Below, in pieces: positions 52,490 to 64,000 of a stretch of 64,000 bases of DNA. The position numbers and the translations under genes are program-made. The notes under the pieces are model-generated. The model worked only from the letters and a program-made list of their open reading frames with translations, had not been told where the DNA came from and made no database searches. The stretch is taken from assembly GCF_006345805.1 (NCBI RefSeq), contig NC_042998.1:126604001-126668000 (forward strand), read 5' to 3'. Position 1 is the first letter of the stretch, and each line of letters starts with the position of its first letter. Source of the stretch: Octopus sinensis (lineage: Eukaryota).

Positions 52490-52870
52490 TCTTAGTACAA
52501 TGTTTCTCTTTTATTCTTTTACTAGTTTCAGACATTAGATTGTGGTCACGTTAGGGCACCACATTGAAGAGTTTAATCGTTCAAATCAACTGCAGTTCTT
52601 ATTTTAAGGTCTGGTACTTATGCCATTGCTTCTTTTGTCAAAGCGCAAAGTTACGGGAACGTAAAGAAACCAACGCAATTGCGAAGTGGCGAGTGACAGA
52701 CACAAAGACGGTCATACACATATACATATACATGCATAAATAATACACACGCAAAAGATGAGATTCTGCACCGTTTCTATTTATCATATTTACTTGCAAG
52801 GCATTTGTCGGTCCAACATCATAGTAGAAGACATTCATTTTAGGTGCAACGCAATAGGAACGAACCCGAA
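52490..52870 (-). mobile_element. Old degenerate SINE family C
   Basis: Residual CAAGGCATTTGTCGG...TAGTAGAAGACA and AGTTACGGGAACGT blocks. Confidence 0.55.
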
Positions 52871-55800
52871 ATCACGTTTTCCTTTTTAATTGGTTATAGT
52901 GAGGTGTACAACACTATATGTAGCATTATTAAATATTTCTCATACTAAAATGAATATGTGAATGCGACTGCTATAAAAACCTTATTCGTTTAATCATTTG
53001 AATTCTACAGCAGTGATCTTAGTCTAGAGAAGACAGTTTATGGAGATCGACATCATATCTGCATAGAAAGGGGGATAACATTACCAAAATTTGAAACTTC
53101 ACTCTTCGGTTTGGAAACAGTCGATATAGGAACTGAATTTTGCAAAATAATATCAAAGAACAATTAATTCTCAAAAGATCTTGCAGTCACTGAGTAACAG
53201 ATCGGTGATTAGGTAGGATCAGCAGTGTGTCAAATTAAACTGCATTTAGGTTTTTAGTCATAATTTTAAACGTTCTGAGTTCAAATATCAGGAGGCTCGA
53301 TTTTGTTTTTCATTTTCTTCTTATCAATAAAATCGACCGACTATACCTTCGCCACAGATTTGTGACCTTGTGACTTATTAATTGTAACAATCAATAGGCA
53401 ACACAGACTATGAGTAACTCTCTCTCGTGTAAGCAATGGTAGCTCTTTAAACTGATGAGTGTTTTCTGAACTTGGTGAGCTGAGTTCAAATGCTCCAAGA
53501 CATAACTGGAAGAGTGAACGTGCTCACAAAGCTGACTTTTCTTACACAACATGAATAGATTAGCCCCAGACTTAACTTTACTGAACAGACGTAGAATAAA
53601 AGAGAATCCAATGGTGGCCATTCTGTCTTTTAGTTGATTCCGGTAGTCAAAGTGCTTTTTTCTTTCTTTTAAGACAATAGAGTGTGATTTTGAGAAAATT
53701 TGAATTTTACAGCTGCTTACGCGACTATGTGAGATTCACTCGTTTGCTTGTACATGAATACACTGCGCGAACACTTAGTCTGCAGTAGTATTTCTGCAGG
53801 TTGCGTAGGTTTTGGAACTCTCTTATAGAATATGAATAGATTCAGTAATCACGAGAACGTAGTTTCGAATCCCTTCTGTTAGAAGTAAATTATTAAGTTT
53901 ATAGAAATTCTATATACTTTCTGATCTAGGTACAAGACCAATTGAGTGAGAAGTAGAGCAGTAGATTTTACTAACTATGACAATACTATCTAACTAATAC
54001 TTTATTTTACTGACCGTGGTGGGATGAAAGACAAAAATCGATCTCGCTGGGATCTGAACTCAGAATGTAAAAAGCCGGAACGAATGCTGTGCAGAATATT
54101 TTTCGACACTCTTAGGATTTTGTCAGTTCGCCACCTCACTTACTTTTCATAGAAATTCAATATAAAAGCCGATATCGATAACTGTATTGAATGGTTCGGG
54201 TACCTGTCTAGTAACCGAGTAGTGGTGAGTTCGTGATCAAAAAATGAACTTATGATCAAAGGCTTTCCACCCTTAGCTATCTGGTATTTTTGTACATCTA
54301 CAACAGCATTGTCTAATGTCACCTATGTATTTCAATAGGGTAAATTTATTGATATAACAAATCAATTGATCAGTCCGACATTTACCCTGCTGTCAGTCGA
54401 ATTATGTGTAGCTTTTCATCTTTCAGGAATCAATAAATCATAGGCATATTTACTTAGCTTTTCAGAGTGAGAATTCGTATGAATTATTTTTACTAAAGGG
54501 GCAGAGGAACTTCAGCACGCAAAATTTCATGACGAGTACAGTTTAGTAAGTGGGGCTCCAAAAAATGGATGTGGGTCAGTAGAATTAATTTATGCAGAAT
54601 ACTTTTTATTGTTGTCAAACAAACCTTCGATCAAAGGCTGGTCATCACCATGTCTTTTCAGACAACAGAGTACCTTGGACAATATTATCTACGGTGCCCT
54701 CTTTCTTAAAGATGGCAGTGTAATTTGTTGGACGGTAAGTTACCATTTCAAATAGGTCGAGCGGTCACGTAGAGGTTCCCTAGTTGAATCGTTATGGTTA
54801 TTGTTACTGTCACTGTGTAGTCAAATCAGTTCTACTTCAGCAATAAGGGAGAAAAATAATTCATGCTTATTTACCACGAGAAGAAACCCCCCACCAAAAA
54901 ATCAAAAAAACAAACGGATATTTTTGGTGGATAATTTGATAGTAGAATCAGAAAATAAGAAGCTATTCTCTTTTATGTGCATATCCGATCTCATAGTTCA
55001 TATATCTTATATATTCATATAGCATATGTATATATTCATTCTCTCATGTGAATATACAGAGATTATACCAGTTTGAGAAACCGTATGATTCACTCGGTAT
55101 TCTTTTTATAAGAACAATAGTTAGCTTTTGAAGAAAATTTTCATAATTTAATATCTCCAGAAAAGAACGCAGATGTATAGATTATACTGAATATACCAGT
55201 GTTGGCTTCTGTTTATACAGGTTGAATGGAATCTCAGGTGAGTATCCGTTAATATCCTAGAACATGTTTTTGGCATATAGAAGTTCTTGTTTTGATAATT
55301 GTGATACATTTTTATTCGTAACAAAATAGCGAGCTAGAAAGCCACTCCTTTCAGCGCTTCGGATGACAGTGGTGATAAGAGTGGCGGTGATGGTGGTGGT
55401 AACATGACGGGCAAGAAACGGGGTATATGATTATTTATACTTACACTCCTTCTTTTTAAGAGCAGCGGAAGGTCAAGTCGATAGGGAACTCGACAAAACA
55501 ATTGGAGAGTGTGGTAGGGGTGACAGTTCATTTTCTGTCACAAGAGTTGCGCTGTGTTCATTGTCTATAATTTTAACACTCAACAGTCCAGCTCTCGTAG
55601 ACTACTGCCTGAAAGTGTATAGTTGACTCACGTCTATATAATGACAACAGTAATGAAAAACACTTATTCACGCAAGCCGATCAAAAGTGGTTGTTGGATG
55701 TACTAGAACCCGTAAAATGACAACTTACCATCTTAAAAAAGAAAGGAAGCATTGGATAAGCCAGTGGTGGGTATTTTATTTTATTTTTTTTTCTGATTTC

Positions 55801-57130
55801 AGTCATTGAATCACGGCGATAGTAAGACGCCGCCTGTCGAGGGTTTCGGTCGATTATATCGGCCTCAGTACTATTTCAAACTGCTACTCATCTTATCGAA
55901 ATCTATTTATCAAATCGCTAAATCACCTTTTTTTCTGACACAAAAGGACGAAACGCTATATACTGGCTTACACACACACACACACATGCATTTATTTCTC
56001 TCTCACTTTTGTTTACATCACTGATCTTTCCTTAGCCTTGCAGCTCCCGTAGCGAGCACACGCACTTTGACTGTTATTGCTTAAGGACTTCATCTAATTA
56101 CCTACCACATATTTTTCTTTCTTTTCCTTGTCGAACTTGTTGTACAATTCTTTTGTTTTACTATATTTTTGTCAAAATCGACTAACATTTTATTTTTATT
56201 ATAAAAAAAGACTCATGCTTTACTTAACTTTATAAGTAGATCAATGCGTTTCTTTTTCTAGTCTTAGTCACTATATGTACAATGCGATTCCGCACCGTTT
56301 TCATTTACTAAATTTCACTCACAAGGCATTGGTCAATCTGAGTCTATATTAAATAGATATATGTCGCACAATGTAATCGAATGCGGAAACAATTGGTTGT
56401 GATGCAAACATATTTAGCTATAAACTGCGCCTGTTACATTATGTTCGTGGAAAAAAGAGCAGTCGATTGAATTTATAGTTAAGACAAGTTCAGAAACTAA
56501 GTTTTTCTTTTTGAGGTGGGTTGTGTTGGAGATGAAGTAATGGCTAAATATATCTTTAGGAAACATGCTAACATCATTGAAAATATACTTACGAGGATCG
56601 TAAGACTGGAGAACATGCAGGCAGAACTTATATTAGATCCACCGTAGGACTTCTGAATCTTTAATTCGCACTACGAACTTCGCTACCAGTTATGATCACA
56701 GTTTCGTTAAGACTTAAAACGATACTTGTATTTTAACCATCTCCAGATGACAACCTGGATATGACTCTCTGTATTGAAAACTAAACTCGAAAGGAGTTAA
56801 TTCATCGACGCCGAAAGGATGAAAGGCAAAATCGACCTCGGCGGAATTTGAAACCAGAACGTAGCGACGGGCGAAACACCGCTTAGCATTTCGTCCAGCA
56901 TGCTGCCTTAATAAGGATAATAAAGAAAACGAAACGAAAACCCAATATGATAATGTCTGGAACGCTTTTAATCATAAGTCAGCTGGATTAAAGCGCATCT
57001 GGAAGTAAACAGCATTAACAGCGACAACTGATGATTGTTTTGTTAAATTGCTGTCTTAAGTTTGGGGCTTTAATACTAGCCTGGCACTACCTAAAAAATA
57101 TTGTTTAGGTTACTTTTAAAAATGGTAAAG

Positions 57131-57422
57131 ACCTTCAATCATGAATGACCATGGGATTGCACTTAGAAAGTTCCCCTCCGAGGCACAAGTCCGGGCATAC
57201 TAGCCCCCCCCCCATGCCAATAATGTTTTCCAAGGGAAAGGCAAAAGCCAATACAGCTTGGTACCAGTGACGTCGCAGCTCATTTCTACAGCTGAATGAA
57301 CTGGAGCAGCGTGAATTAAAGTGTCTTGCTCAAGAACGCAACACACAGCCCGGTCAGGGAATCGAACTCACTACCTCATGATTGTGAATCCAACGCTCTA
57401 ACCACTGAGCCATGCACCTTCA
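57131..57422 (-). mobile_element. Full-length SINE family B
   Basis: A box TGGCTCAGTGG, B box GAGTTCGATTCC, CORE-like block, RTE-like tail. Confidence 0.9.
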
Positions 57423-59439
57423 TAGGTCGCTCCATTTCTATTTCCACTTTGAAGGATTCAGTACTCAAACATCTTCTGAACTAGATTGAAGTAGTTGCCG
57501 ACAGTGTTTTACTTCATTCAAGCAAAAATGAATGACCGATTTTTTTAAATAATTTTCTTCACAACAGAAGTAAAGATTTCAAAATAAAGTTTGAATTAGC
57601 AACACGTTCTGTACCCATTGTTGTGTTACGCTTTTAGAATTCCTTTGTTTGTTGTTGATACTGTTGCTGCTCCTATTTCTTTGTATGGCTATTGTTCTTG
57701 TGTTTCTCGGGTACTATTCGCACATCCTTGTTTTTGTTGTTAATCATACTGATTACAGTGACTGCTATAGCGTTGGTAGTGGAGGTGTTGGTAATGATGG
57801 CGGTTGTTGAGGTGAGAATCATAACAGCGGTTATAATGATGATGATGATGTCTAATGTCCAGTAAATAACACAGAACGTGTTTTATCAGTTTCTCGTGCG
57901 GTTGTTAAATTATATACGTTTACACTGAATGCTTCATCTCTACATTCATTTTACCTTTTGCTGTTTTTTTAAAAATGTAATTAGGTAGAGGAGGTTGATG
58001 TAGTGGAAGTAGTATCAGGTGTTGGCTGAAGTGGTAGAGTTGTAGAGGAGGGAGTAGTGGTACTGTGGTAGTGGTAGCGATAAAGCTGGCCTAGAATCAA
58101 GGGCATTCCGGTTATGATCATCTCGTCCTTTTTGGCTTGTTTGGACTACAAATTCCAATCCAATTTTCTTTTTTTAAGACAATCGGAAGAGATTTGAGGG
58201 AGCCATAACCGTTTCAGCTAACATATATACATGCATACATACATATATATGCATATGTACACGTGTGTACATACATACATACATACATACATACATACAT
58301 ACATACATACACGCACATTTTCTCTTGTATCGCTGAGCGATAAGGATCCTTTCTATAAGGTTTCAGAAACCATTCGATGGTTGTTACACTTGACTTCTAC
58401 GACGGATACAAAATCTTTCGCGTAAAAAACATCCAACACTGAAACAAATTTACGAATCTCTATGTATCTTTAAAAAATAACAGAAAGAAACAATGTGGCC
58501 AGGATGAATACAATTTTCTGGGTACTGCTTTAGAGTATATGATCAATTAGTAACTACTGTATGTCGTTTGGAGGCTTCTGCTAATTAGGAGGAAAAATCA
58601 CAGGGTCTCCTATGTAAATAATAGGGAACTCAACGGAGATTCGGGATTTGAAGTGCGAGTCTTTAGTACAGTGAGAAGGATCGGGAGGTCTGTCTCGAGT
58701 GGGTCACCAAATGACCAATTGATAAAAATAATCTCTAGGAGGTTACTGAGGGTCTCTTAGTAGTGTTGGTTGTAATGCTGTTGGTACTCTTGCAGGAATA
58801 TTAGTGGTCATTGATGTTGTAGTTCATCCTTGGTTTTATGAGCTCTGGAAAGGTTGTGTGGGGTCTGTTTTACAGATCATTCACTAAAATATTCACATTC
58901 GTGCACATACACATTCTCAAATTCACGCTCTCTCTCTCTCTCTCTCACTCTCTCTTTCTCTCTCTCGCACACACACATGCAAAAATTGTACATGTATTAC
59001 TCGCAGACGAACAATAAAAAGAATGAGAATCTCTAATAGTAGTGTTGATGGTAAAGCTGTCAGTTGTAATGTTGTTAGTACTGTAGCTAGACTATTAGTG
59101 GTTATTTGCGGTTGCTCTCGGTCAATGCTGATGGAGGAGGCTCATAATCAAAAGTGTTCCAGCCGTACACACCCATCGTTCGTATAACTTTGGCTATATT
59201 TTCCAAATGTATTTCCTTTTGTTAAGATGATGATGTATATTTTGAAGGAGATTGAGCTACAAATTTTAGTAAGTCATAAAACTCCATTGTTATTTCGAAG
59301 TGGTCATGTTGAGGATAGTGACAGTGATATTGGCACAAGTGGTAGCAGTGCTGAAAATAAGTCGTGACTGTAGGGAGATTCATTTTATGAGTTTTGTAGT
59401 GGAAATTAATTGTAGAGATGATTTTTGCATCTTTTGAGA

Positions 59440-59640
59440 CGATAAATCCTTGATCATTTATATGACAAAGCTATGATCAATTTATGAGAAGACAAAACCT
59501 TGATCAAGAAACTGAAAGGAAGAAGAAACCGAAGATAGCACACAGAAAGAGAAGACGATATCAAATCCATGCTAAGATGTGTGTAGAAGAGGAACGGATG
59601 GAGATCCATGATCACAGATGCCTTTAGACATGGTGCATAA
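59440..59640 (+). mobile_element. Possible RTE LINE 3' fragment
   Basis: Decayed LIKKLKGRR...WRSMITDAFRHGA* resembles RTE C-termini. Confidence 0.35.
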
Positions 59641-60689
59641 AGATGGTTTTAGTAGTTTCAGAAGCTTAGTAGTTTTAGAAGTTTAGCAGTTAAGAAGTAT
59701 TGATAACGGTGTTGATCTTGGAGGAGGCTATGATGTTGGTATTCGTGGTGTCTATGACGGTAATAATGGGGGTAACAATAGTGGTGGTTATCTCTTTTGT
59801 AACTGTGATAGCATTGAAGATGTGTAATAACGATATTTATTGATAGTAATGCTGTGTAGTGTGGTTTGTGATGATATTAATGGTTGTCATGGTGAATTTC
59901 ATTTTCTTGAAGTTGACCCTGTGTCAGTTCTGATCAAGTAGACCTATGATCAAATGTTTTCTAGCATTTACAGGACACACTTTTGTTTCATTGAAGCATA
60001 GGGAATACCTGACTGCACGCATTAGAAAAAGGATCTATTGTGTCTCAGATATTGTCCAATGTGATATTCCTTTTTTATGATGGTCAGTTGTCTTTTGAGG
60101 AAGATTTGGCTTCTATTTCCATGAGGTAAAGCAGTAGCTAACTTTTTGGCTTTCATAGTATCTCCTCTATTTCCTTCATTGGCTTCGTAGACGTCCTCTA
60201 TTTGTAATTGTTACCTTAGCTTCTGACAAACATGAAATTTTTTCCCTGGATATTGAAAATTAAATTTTGTAAAATACTTAATTTCCTGAAACAATCTTAC
60301 GAACAGTTACTATTAGGTTTATTTTTCCCTCTCCATCTAAAAGGCATATGTTAACGTGTACGTTTCTAAGACTGTAGCGCGTGATTTAAGGGAGATTTGT
60401 TTGTTATTTAGAGCAGGCAGAGCGACAACGTAGAGGCTGACTCGTTGACTCGAATTCCCTTATTAGTCTTAATAAAAAATAATAGCAATATTGACAGAGG
60501 TGATGCAGATAGTCGATGTTGGTAGTAGCAATGGCTTTTGTTGCAGTTCTAGTGGTAACAGTGCTCATAGAGTTGGGTATCTGCTGAAGTGATGCATATT
60601 GTTGGTCTGAGAGAGCAGCTCCATGATGAATGCTTTTATTTCGTTACTTGTGTTCGACGGAAGAAGCAGTGCAACATAACCTTTGTAAC

Positions 60690-60910
60690 CTAGAAGACCA
60701 GTGAGATTGATGTCAATCTCTTGAATTTTTGCGTGTCAGCACCTGCAAGATAGATAGGAGCATGGAATGAATTCCAGAGGGTTGATGTTCTGAGAAAGTG
60801 TATAGTAAGTAATTAGTGTGACCCTTGAGAAGTGGGTTTATACTATGAGTGGTGAGAGGAGAGACGAATGAGACGGGAATCCCTGAGCGAAGATAGCATG
60901 AGCCCAACCA
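60690..60910 (-). mobile_element. Possible CR1/Jockey LINE 3' fragment
   Basis: Minus strand HFLRTSTLWNSF...QKFKR motif. Confidence 0.35.
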
Positions 60911-61930
60911 ACTCCAATATATAAAGTTAAAAATATATAGAGAGGCGACAGTGCCGAACGTGGCCTGTGAGGGATTTTATGCCAATCAATCGATTGACCT
61001 TTTCCTAGGATGTGCAACTGTAGTAGCGTTTCAGATATAAAAGTGGCACACCATTGTGAATGTTATAGCCACAGCAATCAGGTCCCTATGTACAACTAGA
61101 AATACGCAGTCTGACTTGTCCTTCTCTTTTCAAAAGATAAAAAGATGTATGTTGAGGGAGGTTTCACGCTTATTTCTAGCTGGTTGAGCAACCATAGTTA
61201 CAGGTCATGCTTATGGTTTAGATGAATATTGTCGATATTTACGACTAATATGATGCTAGCGATGATAATAATAAAGGTGGTGATCGCAGTATAGTGTTGA
61301 TGAAATGTTGTTGTTTGTGATGTAGTATTGACAGTGGTAGTGATTCTCATTGATAGTGGTGGTTGCTAGTTGTGGTAATTGTATTAGAATTGTAGGCTAT
61401 GGTAGTGACTGTCCACAGTGATAATTTTACTACAGTTTGTGCAACAATGGTGGTAGTAGTGACTGTTATAGGTATTGTTGTCTGTAGCAGTAGTGCTCCC
61501 TCCTGGAGATGGTTATTATTGTCGTTTAGCCTTAGGTCTGCCATGATTGAACAGACTTATCATTAAAAGTGGTCTGGTCGTTATCATTCCGTCTTTCTCC
61601 TGTGTGCACAAAAACCAAGAATACAATGTCTCACGTGCCCTTTTGTTTTAATACTGAGATAGCGGCTGACGGAAATTTGGTTGTTATTTCTAGTAGGTCA
61701 AAGAACAAGGCATAGGCACCTTAGTGGCTTGTTGACGATGAGAATGTTAATGTTAGAGCTACTGGTATTGGTGGTGGCGGTGGCAGTAGTGACGGTGGTG
61801 GCGGTGGCAGTAGTGACGGTGGTGGCGGAGGACGGTATGACAAATATTTCACCTGTCAAACTTCATTGTCATTTTTGCGTCGCTCGTATTTTGCTCTCCG
61901 TACCTACTGAGTTTTGCCGTCGGAAGTGCT

Positions 61931-61975
<45 letters not shown>

Positions 61976-62455
61976 GCTTACGTACAGCTAACAGTACTTT
62001 TGCGCGTGCGAGCACCACACGTACACATACGTATACAAACAATCCCGCTCTCTGGCACACACATACACACATTAGTTCCGGTCAACTTCTCGACTTAGTG
62101 GTGTTTATTAAGCAGCTGAAGTAATGTTGTAATGGTTCTTCAGGAGTATTTTGTTCACGTGCGGCACTCACAGACAAATAATAAGGTAGGTGGGTTGATT
62201 GAATAGTTTACACTGCTTGTCTGTTGTCTAACGACGTTACTTCTATATTTTTAAGCACGTTTTATTTATTTACGCGTGTTTATTCCTTTTAATTTATTTA
62301 CTTCTTTGCTTTTCATTTACAAAAATTCACATTTTTGTCTCTCTCTTTCTCCCCCCTCTTTCTCTATATATCGTTTTAACGGTAGATCTCGAAGGCGATA
62401 AAGCTATAAATAACAGCATGCAGAATATAGGCTTATACCAAAGCAACTGATATAC

Positions 62456-62756
62456 TGGCACGCCGTCGGTTACTACGACGAGAGTTCCAGTTGATCGGAT
62501 CAATGGAACAGCCCGCTCGTGAAATTAACGTGCATGTGGGTGAGCACTCCACAAACACGTGTACCTTTAACATAGTTCTCAGGGAGATCCAGTATGACAC
62601 AGAGTGTAACAAGGCTGACCCTTTGAAATACAGGTACTACTCATTTTTGCTAGCTGAGTGGACTGGAACAACGTGAAATAAAGTGTTTTGCTCAAGGACA
62701 CAACGTCCTTGCGATCGCGAACCGAATACCCTAACCACTAAGCCAGGTGTCTTCAC
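62456..62756 (-). mobile_element. SINE (tRNA head, CORE-like block, module Y)
   Basis: Minus strand TGGCTTAGTGGTTAGGG head; tail ending GACGGCGTGCCA. Confidence 0.85.
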
Positions 62757-62919
62757 TATAAAAGTTTGAGTCCCACGGGCAACCTACAAATGCTTTCTAG
62801 CTAGTATTCTGAATACTATTACTCATATCTTTTTCGAAATCCACCGTTAAAATAATTTATTTTATATCTGTCAGAGTTTCTAAAAATAAGTAAATAAAAA
62901 ATTCTTATAATGTAAACAA

Positions 62920-62962
<43 letters not shown>

Positions 62963-63438
62963 AATTAGAAAAAACACCTTTTATCAATTCAATAATGAAA
63001 TATTAAATTATACCATTTAGAAAAATTGCATATTATAGAAAGATTAAATATAAGATAAAACATATAACAATGATTAAGTAATGTGTAAAATAATAAATAA
63101 AACGTATATATTTGGTAGAATAACGACACGTGTTTCGTGGCTATATTTAAGAAATGATAATAGTAATAATGATAGTAGTAGTAGTAAAATCACTTCAATA
63201 TAAATATAGCCACCCTTTTGTGAAATTTGATTTAGTATTTCTAAATTGAATTTTCCCCGTAAGTTTGGAATAACATTCCCTCATATTATATATATATATA
63301 TATAATCAAAATAAGCAACAAGGATATCCAGAAGTAATGCAATGCGATCGTTTCAAGCAACTCCATTTAATTGAACAATGCAATCCTCACATCAATTTAA
63401 ATTCAGAGCAATCCTCAGTGGAAAAAAAAAATATATGC

Positions 63439-63642
63439 CACTCATCTAGCAAGAATGAGTAGTATCTGTCTTTCAAAGGGCCATCCTTGACACATTCTGT
63501 GTCACGCTGAATCTCCCTGAGAACTACGTTAAGGGTACACGTGCCTGTGGAGTGCTCAGCCTCATGCATGTTAATTTCACGAGCAGGCTGTTCCGTTGAC
63601 GGATCAACTGGAACCGTCCTCGTCATAAACGACGGAGTGCCA
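63439..63642 (+). mobile_element. 3' part of the same SINE family, inverted relative to 62456-62756
   Basis: TTTCAAAGGG...GGATCAACTGGAAC...GACGGAGTGCCA. Confidence 0.85.
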
Positions 63643-63685
<43 letters not shown>

Positions 63686-64000
63686 ATAATTTGAATTAAT
63701 TCTTTATTAGCGGTATCGTCCGTTCAATAGGACTGTGTTTGTGTATGCGTGGGTATGTGGAAGCATGTATACCTACACTTGCAAACTTATGTAATGTACT
63801 TCATCTAATGAGGAGCTCACCCATCGGGAGGGAGGTATGAATACATCCTAGCTAAGGATAATGTAGAGCTGTGCGAGAGGCCAGAAGAACGCGACAGCTC
63901 CCCTCTTAAGCTAATCGTGGACACCATAAAAGTGACGGCTTTTCATTGTGTGATACCACAAAAAAAGTGGAGAAAACTGAAAAAAAAGGGATATATTAAA

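Larger units (their letters stand above)
53670..60450 (+). repeat. Old dispersed repeat family, at least 6 co-oriented fragments (~53670, 54240, 54620, 58095, 59150, 59920-60130, 60370)
   Basis: Shared GATCAAAGGC..TCCA and TTAAGA(T/C)G..(G)TGTGATTT..G..GA(A/G)ATTTG blocks. Confidence 0.55.

Noticed and set aside
53391-53621. 76-aa ORF in non-repetitive sequence
   Set aside because: No recognisable motif, and the length is within chance expectation.
54483-54767. 94-codon open frame and 73-nt exon candidate with an RCC1-like ALFLKDGSVICW motif
   Set aside because: It overlaps a copy of the old dispersed repeat family (GATCAAAGGC...TTAAAGATGG...AGGTCGAGCG), so the motif is probably chance.
57350-57422. 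tRNA gene
   Set aside because: A and B boxes are present but run into a SINE body with no acceptor stem or terminator; it is a SINE head.
63125-63213. Complete hammerhead (GAA-ACACGTGT-C after a 13-bp inverted repeat)
   Set aside because: There is no CUGANGA or stem I partner upstream, so it was counted only as a half motif.

Overview
AT-rich, microsatellite-saturated animal genomic DNA. The repeat spectrum (several tRNA-derived SINE families, (TA)n/(TATG)n/(TATC)n tracts) suggests a cephalopod, probably Octopus; this is inference, with no database search. No host protein-coding gene can be confidently called, and almost all long ORFs in the track are microsatellite translations. The window is a transposon graveyard: at least 6 Penelope-like (PLE) fragments (RT and GIY-YIG), 4 R4/Dong-like RLE LINE fragments, an internally deleted Gypsy LTR element, a full-length dead mariner, a mariner derivative with two left ends, a maT-like stub, 4 Tc1/mariner MITEs and about 30 SINE copies, including three tandem arrays of a 184-bp SINE unit. 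The most notable signal is a set of about 7 type-I hammerhead-ribozyme motifs, all with palindromic stem III, in or beside PLE-type ends; the one at 41286-41374 (-) has an intact catalytic core. Also notable are a perfect 232-bp palindrome centred on (TA)n and nested insertions into a SINE-internal microsatellite. Family names come from recognised motifs and boundaries are approximate unless stated.
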